Assembly (NCBI GenBank): GCA_002245135.1 | Contig: NGBS01000337.1 | Span: 1 to 57,920 of the forward strand | DNA: 57,920 nt | Origin: Proteromonas lacertae | Taxonomy: Eukaryota | Direction: 5' to 3' | Part shown: piece after piece, positions 11,396 through 23,042 of the stretch | Layout: every line of letters starts with the position of its first letter | Position numbering within the stretch: position 1 is the first letter of the stretch | Made by a program: the position numbers and the translations under genes | The notes under the pieces: generated by a model | Seen by the model: the letters and a program-made list of their open reading frames with translations, nothing else | What the model was told of the DNA's origin: nothing | The model's database searches: none

Positions 11396-12475
11396 ATGGC
11401 TAGGACTAGACCAAGTTGTTGTATGAGAACAGGAAGATGTAATGTATTAATATTTGTCTATTTATGTTAGTATGCAACAAATGATAAAGAAAATGAGCAT
11501 TTAAAAGCTCAATTAGAAACTGGTATAATTTATATCTATACTTTTATAGAAGATAAACATATCTATAATGAATTAAAGAACACAGACAGCATAATTGTTC
11601 TTAATGATATAAATTTTTGTTGCCATTTCATATTTGAAATTTTAACCAGGAGTATAGGAGTTGATAACAGTTTTATAATGGTTCTAGTTATTATTGTGGA
11701 TGAAATATCAAAATTAATTCACAATTTCAAATCTGATCTAATTAAAGACTGGTTTGAGAGCACAGTTATATTTATCTTATTAAAATATTATCAATATATA
11801 TTATTATTATCCAAATACTCCAAAAAAATACTTGATAACATTTATCCTCATTTACATTATCTTCATAGTATTATACAATCAATAGAAAAGTATAATGGAT
11901 TTAATGATATAAATATTTTAAATGCAATGGAAAAGTTTCTTTTATATAACACTAATCTATCAAATATGGATTCTAATCGAAGAAAAGCTTTATATAACAA
12001 TTTGGATATATGTAGCAGAAAATTCAATAATACATATATTACAGAATTCATTAATTCATTCATTAGCGATTTTAAAATAACAATTATAGAAAATGAATTC
12101 AATTTAGAAAAATATTATATCAATTACTTATATAAATATTATCCTAGTAATTATGCACAGTTTTACAATAGAAATGATAATGATATAGAGTTAACATTTT
12201 TCAAAGATTCATCTTATATTATGTCATTGTGTTATAAATTAGAAGATGAGGTTAAACAAAAATTATCAAGTTATAAAAGGAAGCAAAGTTCATTTATAGA
12301 AAGTGAAGAAGAGAATAAAACAAAAAAAATCAGATTCTTTACTAAAGTAAATAATGAAGAAGAAGTTAAAAGAAGAAAAGAAGAAAGAGAAAAAGAAGAA
12401 TATGAAAAAAAGCAGCTAATTATGCTTTTAAAACAAAACAAACTTGACGTAGTAGATGTGGATGAAGAAGATTGA
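11396..12475 (+). CDS. Spliced hypothetical Polinton gene with two 27-nt introns (11444-11470, 11523-11549)
   Basis: ATG 11396 is in frame with track ORF 11678; intron 1 removes an in-frame TAG; both introns GTAT..TAG; charged C-terminal tail. Confidence 0.7.
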
Positions 12476-12589
12476 TAATTAAAATTAAAATATAATAAAT
12501 AAATTAATTAAATTAATATCATTGTTTGAAATGGTGTTTGTTTAATAATATATGTAAATTAGATTAGAAAGAAAATTCTATAAAATTAT

Positions 12590-12730
12590 ATTAGAATATT
12601 CTAGAAAATGCAAAAATAAATTATGACCTAATATGACATAGGTCACGTATTTTTAAAAAGTTTGGTTTGGTGTGCCAGGAGCCCGAGTCATACGGCTCGG
12701 TGTGCCAGAACCTTTATTTACTATTATTAT
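12590..12730 (-). repeat. Right TIR of element A
   Basis: Inverted copy of 40-178, followed directly by TSD GTCTTT. Confidence 0.95.
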
Positions 12731-14005
12731 GTCTTTAGATCCAAAATTCAAAATTTCAAAGAACTTCTTTTCAAAAGGTATATGTCTTTTGAATATATCA
12801 AACCATGAATCTTTGAAATAATCTTGTACAGTCATGTAACTATCATAATACTGCATTAATGAATAGTCTGGTTGATATACGAAATCGTTAATCATCCATC
12901 TGAATTGTGCATTTTCAGGAATTACTGCATATCTATTTTCTGCTGTTCTGCTCTTACCATCGTGTGCTGTTTGAGTTCCTTCGATCCATGGTCTATAGAT
13001 AATGTAACGCAAGAATGGTCCATTTGAACTGTTCAATGTAAAGGAATAGTTAAATTGTCCACATCCACCTTGATTTACTGTAAATGTATGGCACTTTACA
13101 TCATTGAACTGGATTGGTTTAGATAAACAATAACTTCTTGTGTTGTTATTACATTGAGTATCCTTATTCAAATAAGCATAAAAATAAAAATTCTTGAATT
13201 TAATTGAATCTGGTCTTATTCCATCTGCAGGCCAGTTTATTGTTGTTTCATTACCTTGATCATTATTAAAACCCATAATTTGTCCAAATTTAGGAGTTTG
13301 CTGGAAATTGAAACACAAATACATTCTTTCACCAAAGAATACATCACTTTTCATTGATAAAAATGTATTGTAAAATTTACCTAAAAACATCTTTACATGA
13401 ATAGTTTTAGACTTTTTATACTGTTGATATTTATCACTTGTTCCAGTAGCTGTAACAGATGTAGCTTCATCTTTATCCATTTCCCATTCATTCTCATCAA
13501 GAATTAAATGATCATGTTAATCATCATTCCATTTTAATTGAATTCCATCATAATAATTAGATTGATAAAAAATGTCAGATCTTTTTCTCACTAATTCATC
13601 CATAAACACTCTATAGTGTTCATAATTGTCATCAAGCTTGACTAGATCTGTTCCTGTATTATTACATAAACGAAATGCTGCTAATCCAAATCATTCTTTC
13701 ATTCCTTTTATATACTTTGGATATAAATTCTCACTACCTGCTTCTTTAGCAGCACCTTTTGAAAATGCATCTGCTTTAGCAAGTGGAGTAGTTTCAATTT
13801 CGATATCATATTGAATGTAAGACTTTGCAAGGTTTATAATGTTCTCACCACTTAATTCGAACCTTATTTCATCTGAATAAGTGTTATCTTTAAGTTGATA
13901 GAATGATTTAGTTTCCATTGGTGTCAACTTGACATACTGGCAAAAGGCCATCATTGCTGGAACGTCTACACCGTGTTTTTGCTCTTTTGGGATAGTTAGA
14001 GACAT
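12731..14005 (-). pseudogene. Major capsid protein of element B, interrupted by element A
   Basis: Homologous to MCP A and C; frameshift near 13690, in-frame TAA near 13518, insertion at the FGSKD codons. Confidence 0.85.
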
Positions 14006-14035
14006 CACAAACACAAAATAAAAATAAAATAAAAA

Positions 14036-15001
14036 TTAGACTTTAAAGACAACAATATCTAAATTAAACTCGATATTATCAAGATTGAGTTCATAATCAT
14101 TTTGTTGAGTAATCTGAATAGTAATTTGACCATTGGTATAAGTATTATTGAACATTTTGCTAGTATTAAGAATGTCATTGTTCTGGTATGTAATGAATGG
14201 TAACTCAGGGTTTGCTATTGGTATATTTTCTAACACATTTGAATCTTGAATGATGTTTACAATATCTAAACGAATGGATATCGCACTAACCCATATAAGA
14301 GATGGACGATATGGTAATTGAGTAAATGGGAAATCTACTGAAAATGCAGTTAATGCTTTTTCTGTTCCTTGAGGTCCTGGAACAAATTTATCATAACATA
14401 ACCGATATTTATTATTTGGAATACCTAATATCTTGTAGGCTAAATCTTTTGTTACTATTTCTATTTTTGAAATCCAAAAAATAGGTTTTGTTAAACTATA
14501 TAATGCATTCATTTTACTTGCAATTTTTAAATGTCTGGTATGTTCATCATCTTTATCATCTAGCTTAAATAAATCACCATTACCTTCTATTACAGGTGTA
14601 TATAGTATATCCTTAACTATAAACAAATCATCATCAGGAATTTCGAAATCTAAATATTTTATTGAACGTATTCCATCATTGATTAACTTAAGAATCTGAT
14701 TCTCATCATAAAAACCTTCAGGAATTTGTACTGATACACATACTGTGGGTTTTTCTGGCGCTGTGCCATCTTCTTTATCATAATCACATGTAAATAAGAA
14801 CTGAAACGTATCGTTTGTCTCTGCTTGTATAGTAGGGAAAGAATTGGGTACAACTGCGTGTAATAACGACACATGAGTATAATCTTGATCAAATGATGGT
14901 AAGGCTAAGGTCTTTTTGTATCTATTCCCTACTCCAAATGTACCTGTAGTCATTACCATATCAGAATTTAAATAGTAAACACGGTGATTAGAGACTAACA
15001 T
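14036..15001 (-). CDS. Minor capsid (penton-like) protein of element B, intact 321 aa
   Basis: MLVSNHRVYYLNSD..PNSFPTIQ..IPEGFY; very similar to 55367-56326. Confidence 0.8.
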   Translation of the reverse strand: MLVSNHRVYYLNSDMVMTTGTFGVGNRYKKTLALPSFDQDYTHVSLLHAVVPNSFPTIQAETNDTFQFLFTCDYDKEDGTAPEKPTVCVSVQIPEGFYDENQILKLINDGIRSIKYLDFEIPDDDLFIVKDILYTPVIEGNGDLFKLDDKDDEHTRHLKIASKMNALYSLTKPIFWISKIEIVTKDLAYKILGIPNNKYRLCYDKFVPGPQGTEKALTAFSVDFPFTQLPYRPSLIWVSAISIRLDIVNIIQDSNVLENIPIANPELPFITYQNNDILNTSKMFNNTYTNGQITIQITQQNDYELNLDNIEFNLDIVVFKV

Positions 15002-15011
15002 TTTGAAAAAA

Positions 15012-15056
15012 AAATAATGTCAATATTGGTAATATTAGTAATATTGACACTATTTT
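15012..15056. promoter_or_regulatory. Palindromic motif in the penton/ORF-X divergent intergenic region of B
   Basis: TGTCAATATT..AATATTGACA; related AATAATGACAATATTGACATTATT at 55311-55334 in C. Confidence 0.45.
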
Positions 15057-15062
15057 TATTTT

Positions 15063-16293
15063 ATGGAAGATAATAAAAAACCTAAACATAGAACAGTTCC
15101 ATTCAAATTAACAGAATTAGACAAACAAGTAATCATCAGAAGCTTCAGAAAAGACGGTAAAATCAGAGCTCCCACAAAATCGAAATTATATCATTTAATT
15201 TCAGGATCAAAATCAAGACTTACATACTCAGAGATAAGATATATATTGAAATACATCGAAGATGAGTACAAATATTACATAGAATCAAAGTTTAAGACAG
15301 GTTGTTTTAATGGACCAATCATTGAACAAGTAAAAGTACCTCTTAACACGCCAAAACTAACCGCTTCAAGCTTCGCTCAAGCCTTAAGTAAACACAAAGA
15401 ACACAGAATTGCAGGTCAAAAGAAGACAAGAATGATGTTAGAACAGATTTTAGCATTACATAAGAAGGAAGAAGAGGTGTTGTACGCCGATGGGAGATAA
15501 AAGGGTTTTATTAAAAACTAATTCGACAGTAGAGGGTTTGGTAGTGGAGTTATAATCAAATATATACTTACTTTGGCATATAAGCTACATCTGTGATATA
15601 TTTTTTTTTAAGCTTCCGCCTTGTATATATGAAACGCATATTACTTCATTCAATATTTTTTTGTTTCAATCGTTACTACAGACAAAAATACATCAGCTGA
15701 GATGAATAAGATATGAAAAAATTGATGTTAAGGCAATTAAAAATGGAAAAATAAAAATCCAGTTCAAGCCTCTTTCAAGCCTACTTTTTCAATTTCAATA
15801 TTATGTATAAAGAAATTAAAATTATTATATTCTATTCATCTAAAAACTTTAATTTCGTTTTCTGCTATTGCTATTGACGTTTAATATGAAGTATAAATAT
15901 ACAATGTTGGATATATAACTGATTAACCAGAACTATACGATACACAGCCAACGTAACTTTTTTGAAAAACTAAGTGTATATCTGTAATATATAGGGGCTC
16001 ATGGTTACGTATATAACTTCAGCGTAATCTAAAACCCTTTTATCTCCCAAAGGCGCAAATCTCCCAACTGTGTACAACAAGAGGATTTTTTACCTCCACA
16101 AGAGATAATTGACATAAAAGATGACGAAATTAAGGTAAAAGAAGAGGTAAATTACGTAAAACCGGTCACAAAATCGAATGTAAACAGTTTAAGTGGTTTA
16201 GAAGACTTGTCTCCTGTTAACTCAGTTCCTAGTTTAAGTCCAAAATCAATAACAGATAAAAGCATTATAAAAACTAATTGTATTATTTTTTAA
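15063..16293 (+). pseudogene. ORF-X of element B split by a MITE
   Basis: Removing 15478-16084 restores the frame: ..HKKEEEDFLPPQE..TNCIIF*. Confidence 0.85.
15478..16079. mobile_element. 602-bp non-autonomous TIR element (TGT..ACA ends, 5-bp TSD AGAGG)
   Basis: TGTTGTAC..GGGAGATAAAAGGGTTTT inverted at both ends; AGAGG at 15473-15477 and 16080-16084. Confidence 0.92.
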
Positions 16294-17560
16294 TTTTTTT
16301 GTTAACTGATTTAAAATTTTACTTATGGGGAACGATATAATGACAATTTTACTCTCTGTATTAGTATTTAGGAAAGTTGCGAATTGGACTCGAGTTCAAA
16401 ATTTGAACTCGGTACTTCCAGCCACTTTACAGCGCTAATATTAAAATTTCATTGACTTTTGTAATTAAATTAAACTATTCTGAAATGCGTGTTGAATTTG
16501 GACAACATCAATGTTAATCATTATAAACATCATTAGAATTTTGTACATAAATCTATTGTACATAATATGTGTACACTGGACCTCCAGTTTTTAATCTAAT
16601 TATTTTGATAGTTCAAGAGAAAATTCAAAAAAAGAAATATTGACACAAGCTTTGGCTTGATCAAACTTGAATTTATTTAAATTTTGAACTCGCTCTTTGT
16701 ATGCGAAGAGAATATTCATTTTTAATAATCATTTGACATGTATATGTTTTAATTATTTAATTTAAACTATAAAAATTCAAGTAATACAAGAAATTATCTA
16801 GATCGTTAAGATTACAAGAGATTACGAAAAAATTCAATAATTATGTAATATTAACTATTGTTGTGCGCCGTTTGTCATAGTTGGCCGTTTGTCTATTAGA
16901 CACTTTTAAAACAAACTAAATGTATATTCTTACCTGTCTTGTTAATATAAATAGTTTGAATATTTGCGCCGTTTGTTTTCTAGAAATTTTTGAAGCAAAC
17001 TAAATGCATATTTAGCTGATATAGACTAAAATACATTAGCTGAAATGATTAGAACAACTTAATATTGATCATAAGACATATAAAATGAAAAAAGAAAATA
17101 TAGAATCAAGCCTCACTCAAGCCTACTTTTTACATTTCTTTTTTTATATATAAAGATTTAATAATTATTACATTCTAATCATTTCAGCTAATGTATTTTA
17201 GTCTATATCAGCTAAATATGCATTTAGTTTGCTTCAAAAATTTCTAGAAAACAAACGGTGCAAATATTCAAACTATTTATATTAACAAATAAGTATACTG
17301 CAGAGTTAGGTCATATAACAAAGTAAGTATATAGGTAACAATTTTTCATCAAGACAAGTAAGAATATACATTTAGTTTGTTTTAAAAGTGTCTAATAGAC
17401 AAACGGCCAACTATGACAAACGGCGCACAACAACTATCAATTTACTTCGATTTAGAACAAACTAACATAATTCTTTCTAATCTTCGATTTTATACTCATT
17501 TCATTCTATATATTATACTCAATTATATATACATTATACAATAACCATTTTTAACTATCA
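16124..17560 (+). repeat. Left arm of 1437-bp inverted duplication
   Basis: Reverse complement of 18632-20068, same length; one mismatch noticed by eye. Confidence 0.95.
16859..17432. mobile_element. 574-bp foldback MITE (TGTTGTGCGCCGTTTGTC ends, 5-bp TSD ACTAT)
   Basis: Long TIRs; ACTAT at 16854-16858 and 17433-17437. Confidence 0.92.
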
Positions 17561-17914
17561 GTTTATTTCTTTTATAGTCTGTGTAAATCTGACATTGTAA
17601 ATGACATTTTTAAATTTATTTTATAAGTTTATTGCTAATGATTTACTACACCAGTTATGAAATTAAGTATTGTTTATAATTTTGTTTTTTATTTAGATTA
17701 TTGTTACTTTTAAATAAGAAGAACATCACATTTTAATCATTAGGCTGCAGGACTGTTATAATGGAAGATAATTGTAATTTCGTTGTAGAATTAATGCATA
17801 GATGCAAGAACTAGAATTTATCAAAATTACCAAATTGTGTAACTTTTGTATTTATGGATAGTGTGTAATGTTAAATAAGAAGAGAAGCCGGAATTATTTT
17901 AATTTGTATAAGAT

Positions 17915-18544
17915 TTAGAAGGAAGTAAATAACCATAGCATAGTAGTTTTCATCATCCATTTAAAATTATTTAATATTATAGCTTTGTTATTAGGAATAA
18001 CAGATGTATCATTAATTTGTTTTTTGTTATCCACAAAAACGGAAGTAGAACATTCATTTTCTATTAATATTGAATTTTTATTAATTCTTTTTTTAGGTTT
18101 ATATGACTCTGATGGAGATTTAACTCTTGGAGGAATTTTAATGGTTCTTCTGGTGATTTCATTTGTTGATATATTTATTTTTTTGTAATTATTTAACCTA
18201 ATAATTGGATGATTATGTGGATATAATTTAACTTGTACAAAATAACGATTATAATGACATTTAAATGTAATTTTCTTATTTGAAGCTTGATCTTGTCTTT
18301 TAGCTTCAATTTTTATATTGTACTTCTCTACATACACCTGAATTAAGATATATAAATCATCAACCGATTTAAATTTAAACATAAAAATTGATTCTGATAT
18401 TGGTGAAAAAGAATCCAACGGTGGATATTTGTTGCATACTCTCTTCAAATCCTTTTTTCTTCCATCAACAATGGAATGAGTTGAATCTTTATTTATTCTA
18501 TATTGGATTTTAACAAATCCATTTTTAATACTTACATGATTCAT
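17915..18544 (-). CDS. FAR1/MuDR-like DNA-binding domain protein (truncated transposase-like)
   Basis: FKSVDDLY..IQVY..ITFKC..HNHP pattern; no DDE domain seen. Confidence 0.5.
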   Translation of the reverse strand: MNHVSIKNGFVKIQYRINKDSTHSIVDGRKKDLKRVCNKYPPLDSFSPISESIFMFKFKSVDDLYILIQVYVEKYNIKIEAKRQDQASNKKITFKCHYNRYFVQVKLYPHNHPIIRLNNYKKINISTNEITRRTIKIPPRVKSPSESYKPKKRINKNSILIENECSTSVFVDNKKQINDTSVIPNNKAIILNNFKWMMKTTMLWLFTSF

Positions 18545-18631
18545 AAAGCAAAATATAAATTACAAGGGATGTGACGATAGTATAAAAAACAAAATAGAAA
18601 TATTCAGTAACGGATATTTTTCATTTAAAAA

Positions 18632-20068
18632 TGATAGTTAAAAATGGTTATTGTATAATGTATATATAATTGAGTATAATATATAGAATGAAATGAGTAT
18701 AAAATCGAAGATTAGAAAGAATTATGTTAGTTTGTTCTAAATCGAAGTAAATTGATAGTTGTTGTGCGCCGTTTGTCATAGTTGGCCGTTTGTCTATTAG
18801 ACACTTTTAAAACAAACTAAATGTATATTCTTACTTGTCTTGATGAAAAATTGTTACCTATATACTTACTTTGTTATATGACCTAACTCTGCAGTATACT
18901 TATTTGTTAATATAAATAGTTTGAATATTTGCACCGTTTGTTTTCTAGAAATTTTTGAAGCAAACTAAATGCATATTTAGCTGATATAGACTAAAATACA
19001 TTAGCTGAAATGATTAGAATGTAATAATTATTAAATCTTTATATATAAAAAAAGAAATGTAAAAAGTAGGCTTGAGTGAGGCTTGATTCTATATTTTCTT
19101 TTTTCATTTTATATGTCTTATGATCAATATTAAGTTGTTCTAATCATTTCAGCTAATGTATTTTAGTCTATATCAGCTAAATATGCATTTAGTTTGCTTC
19201 AAAAATTTCTAGAAAACAAACGGCGCAAATATTCAAACTATTTATATTAACAAGACAGGTAAGAATATACATTTAGTTTGTTTTAAAAGTGTCTAATAGA
19301 CAAACGGCCAACTATGACAAACGGCGCACAACAATAGTTAATATTACATAATTATTGAATTTTTTCGTAATCTCTTGTAATCTTAACGATCTAGATAATT
19401 TCTTGTATTACTTGAATTTTTATAGTTTAAATTAAATAATTAAAACATATACATGTCAAATGATTATTAAAAATGAATATTCTCTTCGCATACAAAGAGC
19501 GAGTTCAAAATTTAAATAAATTCAAGTTTGATCAAGCCAAAGCTTGTGTCAATATTTCTTTTTTTGAATTTTCTCTTGAACTATCAAAATAATTAGATTA
19601 AAAACTGGAGGTCCAGTGTACACATATTATGTACAATAGATTTATGTACAAAATTCTAATGATGTTTATAATGATTAACATTGATGTTGTCCAAATTCAA
19701 CACGCATTTCAGAATAGTTTAATTTAATTACAAAAGTCAATGAAATTTTAATATTAGCGCTGTAAAGTGGCTGGAAGTACCGAGTTCAAATTTTGAACTC
19801 GAGTCCAATTCGCAACTTTCCTAAATACTAATACAGAGAGTAAAATTGTCATTATATCGTTCCCCATAAGTAAAATTTTAAATCAGTTAACAAAAAAATT
19901 AAAAAATAATACAATTAGTTCTTATAATGCTTTTATCTGTTATTGATTTTGGACTTAAACTAGGAACTGAGTTAACAGGAGACAAGTCTTCTAAACCACT
20001 TAAACTGTTTACATTCGATTTTGTGACCGGTTTTACGTAATTTACCTCTTCTTTTACCTTAATTTCGT
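18632..20068 (-). repeat. Right arm of 1437-bp inverted duplication
   Basis: Mirror of 16124-17560. Confidence 0.95.
18760..19333. mobile_element. Mirror copy of the 574-bp MITE
   Basis: Same sequence and TSD, inverted, inside the right arm. Confidence 0.9.
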
Positions 20069-20236
20069 TCAAATATGACTGATATGATGGAGAAAGGCTT
20101 GCAGCATGACAAGACATTGGAAGATATAAAGGCATATATAGACATTGTGAATAAAAGAAAGCACACAGTTTAAATAATTTGTAACGAATTAATTATTTAT
20201 TATATAATAAACGCCTTTTATTTAAGGGAAAGTAAA

Positions 20237-20484
20237 ATGACTATTTTTTCAGGGAAAGTAGTTGATTTAACTACTGAAAACAATGAACCTTGTATAAATA
20301 CACATTCAATTTATTTTTCAATAGCGCACTTCATCATCGATTTAACCAATGACGATGATGAAGTGCCAAAGAAATGAAGTTACGCTGTCATGACAACCAA
20401 CGGTCGTACAAAACGTTACAAAACAAGAACGATTACAAAAATGCGAACAATTGATGAACAAGATTTACCTGAAGAAGAAGGACC
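20237..20484 (+). pseudogene. Element B gene fragment with candidate 33-nt intron (20292-20324), in-frame TGA, cut by a MITE
   Basis: MTIFSGKVVDLTTE..IIDLTNDDDE; GTATAA..ATAG. Confidence 0.45.
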
Positions 20485-21093
20485 TGTTGTGCGCCGTTTG
20501 TCATAGTTGGCCGTTTGTCTACCAGACACTTTTAAAACAAAATAATTGTATATTCTTACTTGTCCTGATGAAAAATCGTTACTTTTATACTTACTTTGTT
20601 ATATGACCTTACTCTGCAGTATACTGTCTTGTTAATATAAATAGTTTGAATATTTGCGCCGTTTGTTTTCTAGATATTTTTGAAGCAAACTGAATGCATA
20701 TTTAGCTAATATAGACTAAAATCCATTAGCTGAAATGATTAGAATATAATAATTATTAAATCTTTATATATAGAAAAAGAAATGTAAAAGTAGGCTTGAG
20801 AGAGGCTTGATTCTATATTTTCTTTTTCATTTTAAATGTCTTAATATTAACATTAAGTTATTCTAATCATTTCAGTTAATGTATTTTAGTCTATATTAGC
20901 TAAATATATAATTAGTTTGCATCAAAAACTTCTAGAAAACAAACTGGCGCAAATATTCAAACTATTTATATTAACAAAAAAGTATACTGCAGAGGTAAGG
21001 TCATATAACAAAGTAAGTAATAAAAGTAACAATTTTTCATTAAGACAAGCAGGAATATACATTTAGTTTGTTTTAAAAGTGTCTGGTAGACAA
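20485..21093. mobile_element. Third copy of the TGTTGTGCGCCG MITE, right tip deleted
   Basis: Colinear with 18760-19333; right TIR stops at GTCTGGTAGACAA. Confidence 0.85.
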
Positions 21094-21159
21094 GCAGCAG
21101 ATACAATAGGTTAATTTCAAGAAATTATAACTTTTAATTTTATATTATATATTAAAGTT

Positions 21160-21828
21160 ATGAATTATAGATATGATTTAGATTGTTTAAGGGGAATTGC
21201 TATGATATTAGTTTATGTTTATTATTTTAACAGTAAAATCTTATCAAATGGATATATTGGAGTTGATGTTTTCTTTATCTTATCCGGATTTGTCATTACT
21301 TCTACATATAAAAAGAATATTTCATGGAACAAATTCTATACAAAAAGAATAATAAGACTATATCCACTTCAATTGTTATGTCTTTTTGTTTTGTATGTCA
21401 AGCTTTCTTCAAATAGAATTATTAGTTATGAAAACGAAGTAAATAATATTATAAGCTGCTTATTAGGTTATTCAAACTATCATTTTTATTACATTTCATT
21501 AGATTACTTTCAGTCGTTTAATTCACCTTCAAATGTAATTCATTTCTGGTCATTGTCAGTTGAAAATCAATTCTATTTTGTTTATCCATTATTCATGTAT
21601 GTGGTTTACTATAAAAAGATTTGTTTTATAGTATATATATCATTAATATTATTATGCTTATATGAAAGTATAAATCATAGTAACTACGCTTATTATTCAT
21701 TATCTTCAAGATTTAATGAGTTTATGTTAGGTTCGATATTATCATTTCAAAATTTAATTGTATTTAGTATTAATACTAACATTCTTATAGCATTACTAAT
21801 ACTGTTATCTTTTTTAAATAGAAATTAA
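21160..21828 (+). pseudogene. Acyltransferase family 3 (OafA-like), 3'-truncated
   Basis: LDCLRGIA, GYIGVDVFFILSGFVIT, HFWSLSVENQFY. Confidence 0.85.
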
Positions 21829-23042
21829 TGCTATTGATACGGTCAAGTAAGTTTTCATCGGAGATGTCAATCTTCATGAAAATGGGTAAAGTTGAACAGA
21901 CTATTAACATCAGAGGAGATCCATTGCTAGGAGAGTTACCACTACTTTTTGCAGAATTACCCAGCAAAGCCTTCTTAATATCCTCTAAGTCACTCTCAAA
22001 CACAGTACTTTGATTACTCGGTAATGTCTGACGTGTTCTTGATCGCTTCTAGCTTCATAAAGCTCCAGTAAACTCTTGATAACTAGCAACTAGACAAGGG
22101 ATATTCCATCGTATTAATTACTACTTAAAGGCAATAAACGATGTAGGGAGGAGAAGATCATCGTAATAGCCTGGAGGTGCTAGGCTGTAGGATGGTACAA
22201 GAATGATTTAAGTATCTGAAGGATGTATATAGAAATATTTGAAGTGGTGAAAGTTTATTCCTATCATGTATTCTCTATGATATCGAGGATGAATTGGAGA
22301 AGCTAGATCCTATAGATGTGTAAGGAGTTCTTTAGCTTGCTTGAGAAAGAAGAAATATTGGAACTGCATAATATATTGATTCCCGAAGGAGACAAGGATG
22401 AGGAACTGTTAAAGCAAGTAATTGAATCCATTGAATGTATCCAAAAGAACTGGTCCATCGTAGGAAGTATAAGACTCCTTACTATCATCTCCTAGGTAAA
22501 AATCCTTCCAAGTCTACATGAGCCTGATAATGCTGAAGCTCCTACAACTACTGATAGTTCCTTGCTTCTCAAGAAGTATGTTGCTGGTGTCTGCTCCCTT
22601 TATGAATCCTTGGTAGGTATATTTGATAATTGCTGTCATTGTCCACAACCACCATGAGAAGTTCCTTGTGGATGCCTGGAAGGAGATGGAGGATGCTTTC
22701 TATGATGTTCATTTACAGCTAGAGTGCTTAATCCCCACGATCATCACTGGGTATTGTATGTTACTCTTCACTACCCTTGAATATCACGATCCAGCAAAGT
22801 CGATAATAACCTGGATATTGTAAGGCATAACACTGATCTACGTAAGCTAGTAGATGATGCTGAAACAAAGAAGGAAGGTACCTGATTCCAATTGCCATCT
22901 TACAAGGAGATTACGATCACTCGGAGGATGACAATATATCTAAAACTAATTTATCTAATTATTGTTAATATATATGAAGGATGAAGATATATTATAAATT
23001 ATAATTATTGGTAAAAGTAATTCATTCGTTAAATTATTAAAA

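Larger units (their letters stand above)
40..12730. mobile_element. Polinton/Maverick-like endogenous virus A, both ends intact, internally deleted
   Basis: ~140-bp TIRs (40-178, 12590-12730), 6-bp TSD GTCTTT (34-39, 12731-12736), pPolB, packaging ATPase, MCP and penton-like genes; no integrase or protease seen. Confidence 0.93.
16371..19821. mobile_element. Long-TIR MULE-like element inserted in ORF-Y
   Basis: Begins GGAAAGTTGCG where ORF-Y homology stops; long inverted arms around a FAR1/MuDR-like ORF; related sequence at ~33780-34131; no TSD recoverable. Confidence 0.55.
16325..20173 (+). pseudogene. ORF-Y of element B split in two (16325-16370 and ~20071-20173)
   Basis: MGNDIMTILLSVLVF then NMTDMMEKGLQHDKTLEDIK..KRKHTV*, matching the 54381-54617 protein. 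Confidence 0.85.
12731..20484. mobile_element. Polinton-like element B remnant (host of element A; also includes 1-39)
   Basis: MCP, penton, ORF-X and ORF-Y in the same order as A and C, interrupted by several insertions; ends not seen. Confidence 0.85.

Noticed and set aside
12653..12730. C-terminus of track ORF 12653-13480 (IIIVNKGSGTPSRMTRAPGTPNQTF)
   Set aside because: Read-through into the element A TIR, not capsid sequence
19899..20135. 78-aa minus-strand ORF
   Set aside because: Chimera of the inverted ORF-X tail and antisense ORF-Y
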